From an uncultured Gammaproteobacteria bacterium (GTDB lineage: Bacteria > Patescibacteriota > Patescibacteriia > Magasanikbacterales > GWA2-37-8), in assembly GCA_964465205.1 (NCBI GenBank), contig CAYXJO010000003.1, positions 14,693-78,692 of the forward strand: a DNA stretch of 64,000 nt, in the 5' to 3' direction. A program made the translations under genes and the position numbers. The notes beneath the pieces are model-generated. The model saw only the letters and a program-made list of their open reading frames with translations, ran no database searches and was not told where the DNA came from. This document shows, piece by piece, positions 1-10,657 of this stretch (position 1 is the stretch's first letter; every line of letters starts with the position of its first letter).

Positions 1-3000
1 GCCGGTAATTTGCCATTTTTGCGTCCCGCTGTACAAAGTAATGCTTCGATGTTTGATTCCAATAATGGTGTTTGTTCGCTCACCGGTAGTTATTGTGATG
101 ATACTGTTTCAGTATTATCACAGTGTAAAGCGCAATTTACCATACAAAATAATACTTATTTTGCTTCTTCCACTCAAAATATTTGTTATGGCAAAAAAAG
201 TGGAACCACAACCTATTTTATTGGTTTGAATAATAGTCCATTATTCTGCTCTGATAGAAATACCTGTAGCAATGATGCCGGTTTTGCTCGTTGGAAACAA
301 GCAGGTGAATATACTGATTATGGATGCGATATACCTACCAATAAGGTTTTACCAACTTGTATTGTGCGTGCACAGCCAATTAAACGCTTTCTATTCACCA
401 ACCAGAAAAACAACGATGTTATTGGTATTCAGGTGTTTCCTAATCCCAAAGTGTTATCAGTAGAGCAGTGGTTCAACAATGACAAAACTTTGGGTGGACA
501 AGGTTTTTCCGGCAGGATGCAAACACTCACACTCGACGGTTTCCGTGCGGTGCGCGACAATAATAATATTTATGTTGATGTGTTTAATGTTAGTAGTGAT
601 AATGATGTTTATAACAAGAAATTTTTCTCCAACATTATATTGTTTAGTATCAATGCCGACGCCCAATCGGAAACTCGGCAGGTATTTGAGCAAATGCTGG
701 GCAATCTTCGGTTTAATACCAATTTAACCAATTATGGTTATTGTGAGAACAATGTTGAACAGTTCGGAGCTTCTACTACCTGTAAAACCGATTTTGATTG
801 TCCGCGCGGTCAGGTGTGTGCTAACCAGAAAATTAAGGTTCAAAGAAATTATCAGCGTTTGCGTGACTTGAAAGATATTTCGGTGGTATTGGGGCAATAT
901 TTCAATGCCAATAACCGCTACCCATCATTAAGTTCTGGTTCGTATTTACCGGGACAAACTTTAAGTACTTGGCCGGCTTGGACAGCGTTTAGCAATGCGG
1001 TGAATTACGCACTCAATCCCGATCCAATAAATAAAATGCCGATCGTAGGCACCTGTTCAGTTACCAGAGGTAAGATCTGTACCGGAGACAGCAGTCTGAA
1101 CGATGATGTGGTTTGTCCGACCGGCGAACATTGTATTATTCACGAACCAAATACTGGTTGGAGCACGGTTGATCGCCGATTTAGCTTTGCATGCCACCCT
1201 TCTTCATCTGTCTATCGATACATGTTCAATACGTCTACGGCCGGGTTCGAAGTTCGTGCTCATTTAGAGGAACCTTTTGCAACTTTGGGCCCATTACGTG
1301 GATTTAGTTATTGGTCGTTGTTCAAACAAAATTATTTTGGCAGTGATTGGAGTAAGTTTATAATAGATGGAGCCAACGGCGCTTGTATTACCGGAGAAGA
1401 AATCTCTACAGTTACTCAAGGTAGTTGTGGAGATGGTCAAGTGAATTTGGGCAAAGGCGAACAGTGTGATCCGCCTGGCGCAAAACAATATAATACCGAC
1501 GCTTGTGCCACTGGTGGAGCCAATGCCTCCGTGAAGACTTGCCAATCAAATTGTACTTGGAGCAGTGCCGCTAATATTCCGTGTTCCGGATTGGTGCGTA
1601 CTTGCGGTAATGGAGTGCTCGAACCGGGTGAAGCGTGTGATCAGGGCCGATTTAATGGTACTTATAATCATTGTAATTCTGCTTGTACCGGATTTGAAAA
1701 TAACACCAACGGTCGTTGTGGCGATGCGATAGCACAAGAGAAGAATGAGATTTGCGATATCATGAAGCCGCGTACCAGTGGTGGTTTGGGTATTTGTTCT
1801 GATGGTACGAAAAAAGGTGAATATTGCGCCAATGATGCCGAATGCCAATCGACGGTTAATAATGGAGTAGGTGTCTGTAAGACCCCAAATGTGGTAGGTG
1901 TGCGCTATGGTAAAACCAAGACTGAATCTTGTAATTTCGATTGTCAGTCGCGTGGTCCATATTGTGGCGATGGTATTGTCCAGCCGGAATTTGGCGAAGA
2001 ATGCGATGGTAATCAAAGTTGTACGACTTGGGACGGCAATCCGGGTAGACGTTACTGTTTGCCAAATTGTAAGCAAAAAATTACCTTACCAGCCAATTTG
2101 GCTGCTTGGTGGCAGCTAGATGACGCCAAGCCGTTAGCAGGCACAGCACCAGATTACACAAAATATAAATTTTATAGTACCAAAGTGAATCCAGATGGCA
2201 GTACGGTGTTAGATGATACAAATAATAATATTTATGCGATCAGCGAAATTAATAATAATGTGATTGATTTCGACAACCATGCTTCGGTTGTTATTTCTCC
2301 GAAATTACCGATACGTAAGCCGGGCTATTTAGGGTCTGGTTATGATGCCACCAATTATTCGTATGAATTCGGTTCAGAGACCTTCGCATCCACGACCTTG
2401 GAAATTGATCAGAGTGAAAATGGAAATGACGGCAGATCTTTGACCTATATGGCCTGGGTTTATCCAACCGGGCTTGAGAATATTAGGCGTCAAGTATTTA
2501 GCGCGGATTTAGGTGGTTTTGGTTGGTCATTGCTTAGTTCCAATGAAGGTGCACCAGCAGGGTTTAATACTTGGCAATTTTTCAATAATGGCGATGGTAG
2601 AATTAATACCGGCATGAAAGTAGACGTCGGCTATTGGCAGCATATAGCGGTTGTATACGACAGACAACAAGGAAAAGTGTTTTTTTATAAAAATGGTGGA
2701 GCTGATCCAAATAGTAGCACTGCGTTCAGTGGTTCAATATCGTATCGTCCATATACGAATAGTTCCGGTTATAGATATAACACCACTAAACAATATTTAC
2801 ATTTGGGTATCAATGCCGATCGTCGTTGGTGGTATGAGAGAATGTCTGGCCGATTTGACGAGATGATGGTGTTCAATAGAGCAGTAACCCAGTCGGAAAT
2901 CGAACAATATGTACGTGATGGTGCTTGGAAGTGTGAGCCGCTTACTCCGCCCACTAGTACACCCACCCCATCCAAATGCGGAAATGGCGTGGTAGAGTCC

Positions 3001-4620
3001 AACGAAGCCTGCGACAGTGTAGTTAGTGGTGTGAATAAAAATGGCATTGCTTGCACGCCAGAATATGGCAAGACTTGCAGTTATTGTTCTGCTGATTGTA
3101 AAAACAGAATTGATGTTCAACCAACGGAATACTGTGGTGACGGTAAATTACAATCCGGTAAAGAACAATGCGATGGCGATATCGGTTCTTGTATTGCTAC
3201 CAGTAGTATAAATGGAATTAATAATGTACCTAAATTACAAGTGTGTAACAATAATTGTCGCGTAGCCAGAGAAATTGCTCCTAATGCTTTTGGTAGGTAT
3301 TTTTTCAATAGTGAGACAGATAACCCGGTCAATGTAAATATTGGAGATTCCGGATCTACAGAAATGACTGTGGCGGGATGGTTTCGATTTGCGCCAGATT
3401 CACAGTCCGGTGGATTGGTGTTGGAGCGTAATATTGGTAGTGATAAATATATTAAGATTTATTTCGATGTCAGTCCGAGCAATAAATTACAAGTGAAAGT
3501 TCAAACTTGCGGAGACACTGGTAGTTATAGTGGTTGCGACATGACCTTACCGGGAATTTTTGGTGCGGAACCACTTAAACCAAGTGATTGGAATTTTATA
3601 GCTTTGCGTTTTAAAGCACCACTTGATTTTGTTTATACTCTAAACACGAATGATCCAATAGAGCAAGTGTCGTATTCAGTTATGGCAAAGTTAGTCACAG
3701 GTCAAGACTCGAATCTAATCCAAGGGAAACCTCCACTTTTAGTACGTTTGAGTCCTTATAAAATTAATGGTAGTGGTAGCATGGAATTTTTGGATTACGA
3801 TTCCGGTGCTCTCGCCGGTGCTACCGGCAGATGGAAAATATCAGGTGCTAATGCAGATGAATTCCATGGCCAAATTAGAAATTTGATGGTTTGGAACAGC
3901 TTGCAAACAGATGAGGAACTGCAGAATCTTTATCGTGCCGGTTTAGCGGATTGTGGTAACCCACCGCCAACTATGCCGCCCGCACCTCGTTGTCAACCAA
4001 CTTGTTCCGGTAGAAGTTGTGGTGCCGATGGTTGTGGTGGAAGTTGTGGTAGTTGTTCTGTTGCCAACACTACTTGTAGTCCTGCCGGTAATTGTGTTTG
4101 TGAACCAGAAACACCTGCTGAATTTTGTACTACTCACAATAGCCCGTGTAATGGCCTCACCGCTCTAAATCGTTGTAGCCAACAAATGACGGTAGCTAGT
4201 TGCGCTGCGCCGTGTAATAACAGTGTGGTTGGTAATAATACAATAGAAGGGGGCGAGGAGTGTGATGATGGTAATACTATAAGTGGTGATGGTTGCTCTA
4301 GTAGTGGAAAAATTGAATCCGGTTATGAATGTCCGCCGGTGGCGGGGAGTTGTAGAAAAAAATGTGGCAATGGCGCAACTGACCCGGGTGAAATTTGTGA
4401 TATTAAAAGCGGCTGTGGAGGTGGAACGGCTAGTGTGTGTTCAGCGTTGGGTGGTTGGTTAAGTACCCACAGTTCGTGGAATATTTACGGCAATGGATTG
4501 GGTTGGAGATGTGATGTTATGAGTGATAATTGCCAGCGTTGCAATACCACTTGTTCTGGAACTGATGCCACTTGTAGTACCGACGATGATGGTGTGACAT
4601 TTAATTGTGTTAATAACTAA
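1..4620 (+). CDS. Giant cysteine-rich surface protein, 5'-truncated (PsbP-like region, pilin-like segment, DUF4215/Myxococcus Cys-rich repeats, two LamG-like domains)
   Basis: Frame is open from base 1, so the true start is probably upstream. Repeated CG(D/N)G...E.CD motifs, EECDDGNTISGDGCSS, LamG-like T(Y/V)xAW / WQHIAVVY / GRFDEMMVFNRA. Confidence 0.85.
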   Translation, partial: AGNLPFLRPAVQSNASMFDSNNGVCSLTGSYCDDTVSVLSQCKAQFTIQNNTYFASSTQNICYGKKSGTTTYFIGLNNSPLFCSDRNTCSNDAGFARWKQAGEYTDYGCDIPTNKVLPTCIVRAQPIKRFLFTNQKNNDVIGIQVFPNPKVLSVEQWFNNDKTLGGQGFSGRMQTLTLDGFRAVRDNNNIYVDVFNVSSDNDVYNKKFFSNIILFSINADAQSETRQVFEQMLGNLRFNTNLTNYGYCENNVEQFGASTTCKTDFDCPRGQVCANQKIKVQRNYQRLRDLKDISVVLGQYFNANNRYPSLSSGSYLPGQTLSTWPAWTAFSNAVNYALNPDPINKMPIVGTCSVTRGKICTGDSSLNDDVVCPTGEHCIIHEPNTGWSTVDRRFSFACHPSSSVYRYMFNTSTAGFEVRAHLEEPFATLGPLRGFSYWSLFKQNYFGSDWSKFIIDGANGACITGEEISTVTQGSCGDGQVNLGKGEQCDPPGAKQYNTDACATGGANASVKTCQSNCTWSSAANIPCSGLVRTCGNGVLEPGEACDQGRFNGTYNHCNSACTGFENNTNGRCGDAIAQEKNEICDIMKPRTSGGLGICSDGTKKGEYCANDAECQSTVNNGVGVCKTPNVVGVRYGKTKTESCNFDCQSRGPYCGDGIVQPEFGEECDGNQSCTTWDGNPGRRYCLPNCKQKITLPANLAAWWQLDDAKPLAGTAPDYTKYKFYSTKVNPDGSTVLDDTNNNIYAISEINNNVIDFDNHASVVISPKLPIRKPGYLGSGYDATNYSYEFGSETFASTTLEIDQSENGNDGRSLTYMAWVYPTGLENIRRQVFSADLGGFGWSLLSSNEGAPAGFNTWQFFNNGDGRINTGMKVDVGYWQHIAVVYDRQQGKVFFYKNGGADPNSSTAFSGSISYRPYTNSSGYRYNTTKQYLHLGINADRRWWYERMSGRFDEMMVFNRAVTQSEIEQYVRDGAWKCEPLTPPTSTPTPSKCGNGVVESNEACDSVVSGVNKNGIACTPEYGKTCSYCSADCKNRIDVQPTEYCGDGKLQSGKEQCDGDIGSCIATSSINGINNVPKLQVCNNNCRVAREIAPNAFGRYFFNSETDNPVNVNIGDSGSTEMTVAGWFRFAPDSQSGGLVLERNIGSDKYIKIYFDVSPSNKLQVKVQTCGDTGSYSGCDMTLPGIFGAEPLKPSDWNFIALRFKAPLDFVYTLNTNDPIEQVSYSVMAKLVTGQDSNLIQGKPPLLVRLSPYKINGSGSMEFLDYDSGALAGATGRWKISGANADEFHGQIRNLMVWNSLQTDEELQNLYRAGLADCGNPPPTMPPAPRCQPTCSGRSCGADGCGGSCGSCSVANTTCSPAGNCVCEPETPAEFCTTHNSPCNGLTALNRCSQQMTVASCAAPCNNSVVGNNTIEGGEECDDGNTISGDGCSSSGKIESGYECPPVAGSCRKKCGNGATDPGEICDIKSGCGGGTASVCSALGGWLSTHSSWNIYGNGLGWRCDVMSDNCQRCNTTCSGTDATCSTDDDGVTFNCVNN

Positions 4621-4632
4621 TTTTCGTTAATT

Positions 4633-5430
4633 ATGTTTGATGATCAAAATACTGTTGGGCAAGCTCCACAAAATCTACCCACCGAGCCGGCGGATATTTT
4701 TGCCGGTGTAGACAAAAGCTCCGCAGCTCCACCGGTAGCACCTGGCGCACCCAAAGATGCTTTGGGTGCGGGGTTGTTGCGCAAAGCGCCTTCCAGTGAC
4801 ACGATGGCCAATATGCCTGTAAGTGCTCAAGCGGTGTACAATGTCAAAGAGCCGGTAATAGGTAAAATTCTATTAATACTAATTGTCATTGCTGCGTTGG
4901 TTGGTGCCGGTATTGGAGGTTGGATGCTGTATAAATATTTTACCGCGCCAACAGTGCCAACTGTACCGACAGTGAACACCCCAGCTACAAATAATACACC
5001 TGCGTCAGAAAATCTAGGTAATACGCCGGTATCAGAGGAGCCGGCATCTGTGACACCAACCAATACCGCAGTTACGCCAGTATCTGTGCCCACCAGTAGT
5101 GTTTCGGTTGATATGGCTAATGACAAATTATTATTTGGCGAAGCAATTGATTCGGATAGAGACGGTTTGGATGATACGCGCGAAAAACAACTTGGTACCG
5201 ATATCGGTAAAACCGACACCGACGGTGATGGTTTGTCTGACGCCGACGAAGTAATTATTTGGAAGACCGATCCGCTCAACCCAGACACCGACGGTGATAA
5301 GTATCCAGATGGCACCGAAGTGCGTAATGGTTACAATCCGCTTGGCCCCGGCAAACTATTTGTCACTTCTGGCGCAGTATCCACGAGTACCAAAAATACC
5401 AGTACTACAACTACCAATACTACTAAATAA
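4633..5430 (+). CDS. Single-pass membrane protein with Pro/Thr linker and DxDxDG calcium-binding (thrombospondin type 3-like) repeats
   Basis: TM segment ILLILIVIAALVGAGIGGWML; DSDRDGLDD, DTDGDGLSD, DTDGDKYPDG repeats. Confidence 0.85.
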   Translation: MFDDQNTVGQAPQNLPTEPADIFAGVDKSSAAPPVAPGAPKDALGAGLLRKAPSSDTMANMPVSAQAVYNVKEPVIGKILLILIVIAALVGAGIGGWMLYKYFTAPTVPTVPTVNTPATNNTPASENLGNTPVSEEPASVTPTNTAVTPVSVPTSSVSVDMANDKLLFGEAIDSDRDGLDDTREKQLGTDIGKTDTDGDGLSDADEVIIWKTDPLNPDTDGDKYPDGTEVRNGYNPLGPGKLFVTSGAVSTSTKNTSTTTTNTTK

Positions 5431-5443
5431 TTATATATAATTT

Positions 5444-6637
5444 ATGTTTGGCAAAAAATCGCCAGACAATTCAAAAGAGTCAGTCGCTTTGTCCCAAATA
5501 CAGACCCAGGTGATTCCACCGGAATTTTATGCTGGTGCCAATCCGGTGGTAAAATTTAAAGAAATCAAAAAAGAATTTGTCGTCAATGAATCGGGGCAAG
5601 TTTTGTCTGCGGCCGAGCAAGCCATGCTCAAAAAAGCCAAAACTGCGGGTGGTGATAATAAGATGCATCCGGCCAATTTATTTACTAATCGCAAATTTTT
5701 GATTATTGGCGGAGTGATTTTGTTTGTTTTGTTTTTGGTTGGCGGTGGGATTTACTACTGGCTAGTGAATCGCCCGCAATCCCAGCCCACGGCGACACCG
5801 CCGGCTGTTACATATACTCCTACATCGGTACCGACAGAAGTCACTCCTGAACCCGTATCTCTACCAGTAGAGATGGCCACCACCACCCCGTCTTCTTCTT
5901 TGTCACAAGAGCCAGAATTGGTGTTCCCGGCCATTATCACCGGTGATAGTGAAGATTTAGACAATGATGGTATTACCGATATTGCCGAAGCAATTTTCAA
6001 GACTGACCCTTCTGTTCCAGATACCGATGGTGACAAATATTTAGATGGAAGCGAAGTGTACCACCTCTACGATCCGGCCAAAAAAACACCGGCCAAATTG
6101 ATTGATTCCGGCTTGGTAAAAGAGTTTGATAACCCGGTATTTGGTTACAAGGTTTATTATCCGTCTACTTGGGAGGTTGGCAACGTTGATCAAAAGTATC
6201 GGCAGGTTTTGTTTAGCGCGATTAATGGTGAGTATGTCGAGATAAGAATATTTGATATGGACCCAGGAGCGACGTTTGCAGATTGGTTCGCGAAATGGGC
6301 GCGAAGCGAGCGTTATTCCGATTTGCTGTCTTTTGACACCATGTTTGGCGGCATGGGTTGGAGACGTCCGGATAATTTGGTTAATTATTTTATGGACGGC
6401 ACGCAATATGTGTATGTGATGACTTATCATAGTCTGGATAATGTTGCGCCTATTAATTTCCGTATTGTTTCGCAAATGATAGCACGCAGCTTTCGATTGA
6501 CTGGCAATTATAATCCATTGCCGGTGCAGCCGCCAGCAGATCAATTTGTGCCCACCAGTACCGTCGATGTGGTGGTTGAACCAATCACCAACACCAATAC
6601 CCTTGAACAATCAAATAGTACCAGCTCCGTTTTATGA
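5444..6637 (+). CDS. Single-pass membrane protein with DxDxDG repeats and a PsbP-like C-terminal domain
   Basis: TM segment; DLDNDGITD and DTDGDKYLDG; FDNPVFGYKVYYPSTW typical of PsbP-like starts. Confidence 0.8.
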   Translation: MFGKKSPDNSKESVALSQIQTQVIPPEFYAGANPVVKFKEIKKEFVVNESGQVLSAAEQAMLKKAKTAGGDNKMHPANLFTNRKFLIIGGVILFVLFLVGGGIYYWLVNRPQSQPTATPPAVTYTPTSVPTEVTPEPVSLPVEMATTTPSSSLSQEPELVFPAIITGDSEDLDNDGITDIAEAIFKTDPSVPDTDGDKYLDGSEVYHLYDPAKKTPAKLIDSGLVKEFDNPVFGYKVYYPSTWEVGNVDQKYRQVLFSAINGEYVEIRIFDMDPGATFADWFAKWARSERYSDLLSFDTMFGGMGWRRPDNLVNYFMDGTQYVYVMTYHSLDNVAPINFRIVSQMIARSFRLTGNYNPLPVQPPADQFVPTSTVDVVVEPITNTNTLEQSNSTSSVL

Positions 6638-7062
6638 TCGCATCTTTTATCAATAAGGAGGTGCGCTGTCCACTGTCTGTTAATTTTATTACTAAAGTAA
6701 TTTCGAAAGCGGCGCGTTTCGAACCGAAATTAATTGGCGAAATCGAAATTATTGTGGTAGGTGATCGTGCTATGTGTGCACTCAATCGCCAATATCGAAA
6801 CAAAGACAAAGTAACAGATGTTTTGTCGTTCGCGTGGCAAGAGGATAAAAAAATTAAAGGATCAATGTTGGGGCAAATTTATATTTGTTACTCTCAGATA
6901 GTACGTCAAGCAAAAGAATATAAGGTATCTGTGAGACAAGAATTTGTACGTATGTTGGTACATGGAATGTTGCACTTAGTAGGGTATGATCATATGAGAC
7001 CGTCAGATGCAAAGAAAATGTTTGCCTTACAAGAAAAGATAATATTTACTGTTTTGAAATAA
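6634..7062 (+). CDS. ybeY: rRNA maturation endoribonuclease YbeY
   Basis: LNRQYRNKDKVTDVLSF and HGMLHLVGYDH motifs. Confidence 0.97.
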   Translation: MIASFINKEVRCPLSVNFITKVISKAARFEPKLIGEIEIIVVGDRAMCALNRQYRNKDKVTDVLSFAWQEDKKIKGSMLGQIYICYSQIVRQAKEYKVSVRQEFVRMLVHGMLHLVGYDHMRPSDAKKMFALQEKIIFTVLK

Positions 7063-7073
7063 TTTACTGTGTT

Positions 7074-7448
7074 ATGTCGGTGATTTCTCTAAAGAGGTTG
7101 GGGGGGAGTATGCGTGATGCGGGGCGGGGCCTGTATTATACTTTTAAGACTGAACAAAATTTCCGTGTGCAGACATTATTGGCGATTGTGGCATTGATGC
7201 TAGCCGCCTATTTTCCATTGCGAACCTGGGAGACAATTCTGATTATTTTGCTAATAGTTATGGTGATGACAATGGAACTGCTAAACACCGCGGTAGAAAA
7301 ATTTGCCGATTTGTTGATCCCGCGTTTGCATCACTATATATCCACCATAAAAGACGTGATGGCGGCGGCGGTATTACTCACATCGATTGGCGCTGGGGTG
7401 ATTGGTATTATGATTTTTTTGCCCCACTTCATTAATTTTTTGAATTAG
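7074..7448 (+). CDS. dgkA: Diacylglycerol/undecaprenol kinase family protein
   Basis: EQNFR, ELLNTAVE, KDVMAAAV motifs; three TM helices; follows ybeY. Confidence 0.93.
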   Translation: MSVISLKRLGGSMRDAGRGLYYTFKTEQNFRVQTLLAIVALMLAAYFPLRTWETILIILLIVMVMTMELLNTAVEKFADLLIPRLHHYISTIKDVMAAAVLLTSIGAGVIGIMIFLPHFINFLN

Positions 7449-7494
7449 GGTATAATGCTGATGTATCCACAGATACAGTAAAATCTCATTAGCT

Positions 7495-8769
7495 ATGAAA
7501 AAACCGACTCACAATTTAATTACCGGATTAGATATTGGCACTCATTCGGTGCGTATGGCGGTAGGTCAGATTCACGAAAGTGAAGATGGACATTTAGAGC
7601 TGCAATTACTAGGAGCGGCTGAGGTAAATTCCGAAGGGGTGAACAAGGGAGTAGTAAGTAGCATTGAAGATGTAGTATCTTCTGTTTCGGCGTGTTTGGA
7701 GCGTGCAGAGCGCATGGTGGGTACACCCATCGATAGGGCGTGGGTGGGTATTTCCGACCCTCACATTGTTACCCAAGCCAATAAGGGTGTGATAGTGGTT
7801 TCCAAAGCCAACAATGAGATTTCCGAAGAAGACGCCCAACGTGCTATTGAAACCGCTCGATCAATTGCTACCCCGCTTAATTATGAGGTATTACATGTTT
7901 TGCCCCGCGGATTTGCTGTGGATGGCCAGACTGGTATCAAAGACCCGGTGGGCATGACCGGAATTCGTTTGGAGGTAGATACGCATATTATCTTGGGTTC
8001 TACCGCTCAGATTAAAAACTTAACCAAAGCCATTTATCGTACCGGTTTGGAAATCGACGATTTAGTTTTGTCAATATTAGCTGCCGGTGAAGCCGTGTTA
8101 ACCACTCGTCAAAAAGAACTTGGTGTGGCGGTGGTGAACTTGGGTGGTTCGACCACTAGTTTGGCGGTATTTGAAGAAGGGGACATCTTGCGTATTGCGA
8201 CCATTCCAATTGGCTCGGAACATATCACCAATGATATCGCGATTGGTTTGCGTACTTCGGTAGATATTGCCGAAAAAGTAAAAGTAGAATACGGCGAATG
8301 TTTGTCCGAAAATGTATCCAAAACTGAAACCGTTGATTTGTTTAATCTGGGCGCACCAGATCATGAAATGGTCAAAAAACGTTATGTCAGTGAGATCATG
8401 GAAGCGAGGGTTGAGGAAATTATGAAAAAAATTGATGCTGAGCTGGCTAAAGTACAACGTAGCGGTTTGTTGCCGGCCGGTGTCGTGTTCACCGGGGCGG
8501 GATCGAAGTTGCCCGGCATTGTAGATGTGGCAAAAAAGTATTTACGCTTACCGGCCAGCTTGGGGTATTCTTTGAATTTTTCTAGCGTCACAGAAAAAGT
8601 AAATGATCTTGGATTTTCTACGGCCATTGGTTTGGTAAGATGGGGCGCCAATATGGCCAGTGTCGGACGTGCTGCCGGAAGATCTGATAGTGGAGTGATG
8701 GCTGGTATAAAAAAGGCCGGCGCGATGCAGGGTACAGTGCGTCGTTGGATTAAAGCATTAATCCCATAG
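7495..8769 (+). CDS. ftsA: Cell division protein FtsA
   Basis: GLDIGT, DPVGMTGIRLE, GSEHITNDIAIGL, GVVFTGAGS; upstream of ftsZ. Confidence 0.97.
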   Translation: MKKPTHNLITGLDIGTHSVRMAVGQIHESEDGHLELQLLGAAEVNSEGVNKGVVSSIEDVVSSVSACLERAERMVGTPIDRAWVGISDPHIVTQANKGVIVVSKANNEISEEDAQRAIETARSIATPLNYEVLHVLPRGFAVDGQTGIKDPVGMTGIRLEVDTHIILGSTAQIKNLTKAIYRTGLEIDDLVLSILAAGEAVLTTRQKELGVAVVNLGGSTTSLAVFEEGDILRIATIPIGSEHITNDIAIGLRTSVDIAEKVKVEYGECLSENVSKTETVDLFNLGAPDHEMVKKRYVSEIMEARVEEIMKKIDAELAKVQRSGLLPAGVVFTGAGSKLPGIVDVAKKYLRLPASLGYSLNFSSVTEKVNDLGFSTAIGLVRWGANMASVGRAAGRSDSGVMAGIKKAGAMQGTVRRWIKALIP

Positions 8770-8813
8770 TGTTTAGAATACTAAAGTTATACACACGAGT
8801 GATTTCTATTTTC

Positions 8814-8842
8814 TTGACAGTAAAATTCTTACATTATACACT
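8814..8842 (+). promoter_or_regulatory. Sigma70-type promoter for ftsZ
   Basis: TTGACA (8814-8819), 17-nt spacer, TACACT (8837-8842); DnaA-box-like TTATACACA at 8787-8795. Confidence 0.6.
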
Positions 8843-8947
8843 ATATAGCGAGGTAACTCCCGCTATTTTGTTTGAATAGTGTGAACACTAAAATTGTTCA
8901 ATCAACTTTAGTCAAATAAATCCTTAGTTAGTTTGATTTAGAAATAT

Positions 8948-10162
8948 ATGCCACAAGTAAAACCAGAAATGGAAACTTTCGCTAAAATAAAGGTGGTGGG
9001 CGTAGGAGGTTCGGGGGGCGCCGCAGTAAACAGAATGATGGCCGGGAAAATTCGGGGGGTAGATTTTGTAGTTATGAATACCGATGTGCAGGCGTTGCAC
9101 CACAATAGCGCCCCATCCAAATTGCATATTGGTAAAAGTGTGACTCGCGGTTTGGGGGCAGGTATGGATCCAGAAGTAGGTAAGCGTGCTGCCGAAGAAA
9201 CACAAAATGAAATTCGCGATTTGCTCAAAGATACCGACATGGTATTTGTGACTTGTGGTTTGGGTGGCGGTACTGGATCTGGTGCTAGCCCGGTGGTGGC
9301 TGAGGTCGCCCGTGAATTAGGCGCACTCACTATCGCTGTGGTAACCAAACCTTTTGGTTTTGAGGGGGCGAAGCGTCGTGATATTGCCGAACAAGCTTGG
9401 GAACAATTAGTAAAGAATGTTGACGCTATTATTACCATACCCAATGATCGTATTTTGCAAGTGATCGACAAAAAAACCAGCCTACTGGATGCTTTCAAAA
9501 TTGTCGATGATGTTTTACATCAAGGTGTGCAGGGGATTTCTGAGCTGATTACTATTCCCGGTCTTATTAATGTAGATTTTGCGGATGTAAAAGCGATTAT
9601 GAAAGATGCCGGTTCAGCGCTTATGGGCATTGGTTTGGCCAGTGGTGAGAATAGAGCAATAGACGCTGCCAAAATGGCTATTTCCAGTCCGCTTTTGGAA
9701 TTATCCATTGATGGCGCGCATGGTATTTTGTTTACTATCACCGGTGGTCCAGATTTGACTATGGATGAAGTTAGTGAGGCCGCCAAAATTATTACCAGTT
9801 CCGCTTCCGAAGATGCCAAAATTATTTTTGGTTCAATTATTGATGAATCCATGACCGGCAGTATGCGTATTACTGTTATTGCCACCGGATTTGACGATCA
9901 TCGCGCACCTACTTCGGTTGACGAAGATCGGTCTTTCAAGTATACTCCCAGTACTTTTGTACGAAAATTGCAAAAAGAAGAAAAAGAAGAAGAAAAGAAG
10001 TTTTTGCAATTTACTGCTCATCGCACCTCATCGGCACCGGTTGTGCCAATGCGTCCTCCCAAAGAAGAAAGGCCGATTAATGTGCCGTTATCAACTCCGT
10101 CCACCGACGATAAAGACGAGTTGGAGATTCCTGCGTTCATTCGCAAAAAAATGGGAATGTAA
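8948..10162 (+). CDS. ftsZ: Cell division protein FtsZ
   Basis: GGGTGSG tubulin signature, INVDFADV, C-terminal LEIPAFIRK. Confidence 0.99.
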   Translation: MPQVKPEMETFAKIKVVGVGGSGGAAVNRMMAGKIRGVDFVVMNTDVQALHHNSAPSKLHIGKSVTRGLGAGMDPEVGKRAAEETQNEIRDLLKDTDMVFVTCGLGGGTGSGASPVVAEVARELGALTIAVVTKPFGFEGAKRRDIAEQAWEQLVKNVDAIITIPNDRILQVIDKKTSLLDAFKIVDDVLHQGVQGISELITIPGLINVDFADVKAIMKDAGSALMGIGLASGENRAIDAAKMAISSPLLELSIDGAHGILFTITGGPDLTMDEVSEAAKIITSSASEDAKIIFGSIIDESMTGSMRITVIATGFDDHRAPTSVDEDRSFKYTPSTFVRKLQKEEKEEEKKFLQFTAHRTSSAPVVPMRPPKEERPINVPLSTPSTDDKDELEIPAFIRKKMGM

Positions 10163-10197
10163 TTACGAGAAAAATTATTCGGTAAATCCAAATAACT

Positions 10198-10653
10198 ATG
10201 CGTTGCCCGGTTTGTAACAATCGCGACACCAGTGTTGTGGATACTCGCCCGGCAGAAGACGGAATGTCGGTTCGACGTCGGCGTGAATGTGATAAATGTC
10301 GTTATCGTTTTTCTACTATAGAAGAGATAGGGCTTTTGGATATTATTGTTGTCAAAAATGACGGCCAACGCGAGAGTTATATGCGCGAGAAAGTAGAGAC
10401 GGGTATTCGGCGCTCGCTAACCAAACGCCCTTACAAACAAGACAGTTTTCATTGTCTAATTCATGATATTGAGCGTGATATACAAAAAAAGAAAAAGCGT
10501 GAAGTTAGTAGTCATGAAATTGGAGAGCTTATTATGAAGCACCTGCGTGGATTCGATAAAGTAGCCTATATTCGTTTTGCCAGTGTCTATCGTGACTTTA
10601 AGGATGTCAAAACATTTGAAAAAGAGTTAAGCAAATTAAAGAAAACTAATTAA
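10198..10653 (+). CDS. nrdR: Transcriptional repressor NrdR
   Basis: MRCPVC...RRRRECDKC zinc ribbon, ATP cone, VAYIRFASVY. Confidence 0.98.
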   Translation: MRCPVCNNRDTSVVDTRPAEDGMSVRRRRECDKCRYRFSTIEEIGLLDIIVVKNDGQRESYMREKVETGIRRSLTKRPYKQDSFHCLIHDIERDIQKKKKREVSSHEIGELIMKHLRGFDKVAYIRFASVYRDFKDVKTFEKELSKLKKTN

Positions 10654-10657
10654 TTAT

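Noticed and set aside
8838-8853. NrdR box (ACACTATATAGCG) upstream of ftsZ-nrdR
   Set aside because: Single site, poor match in the right half, and better explained as the -10 region.
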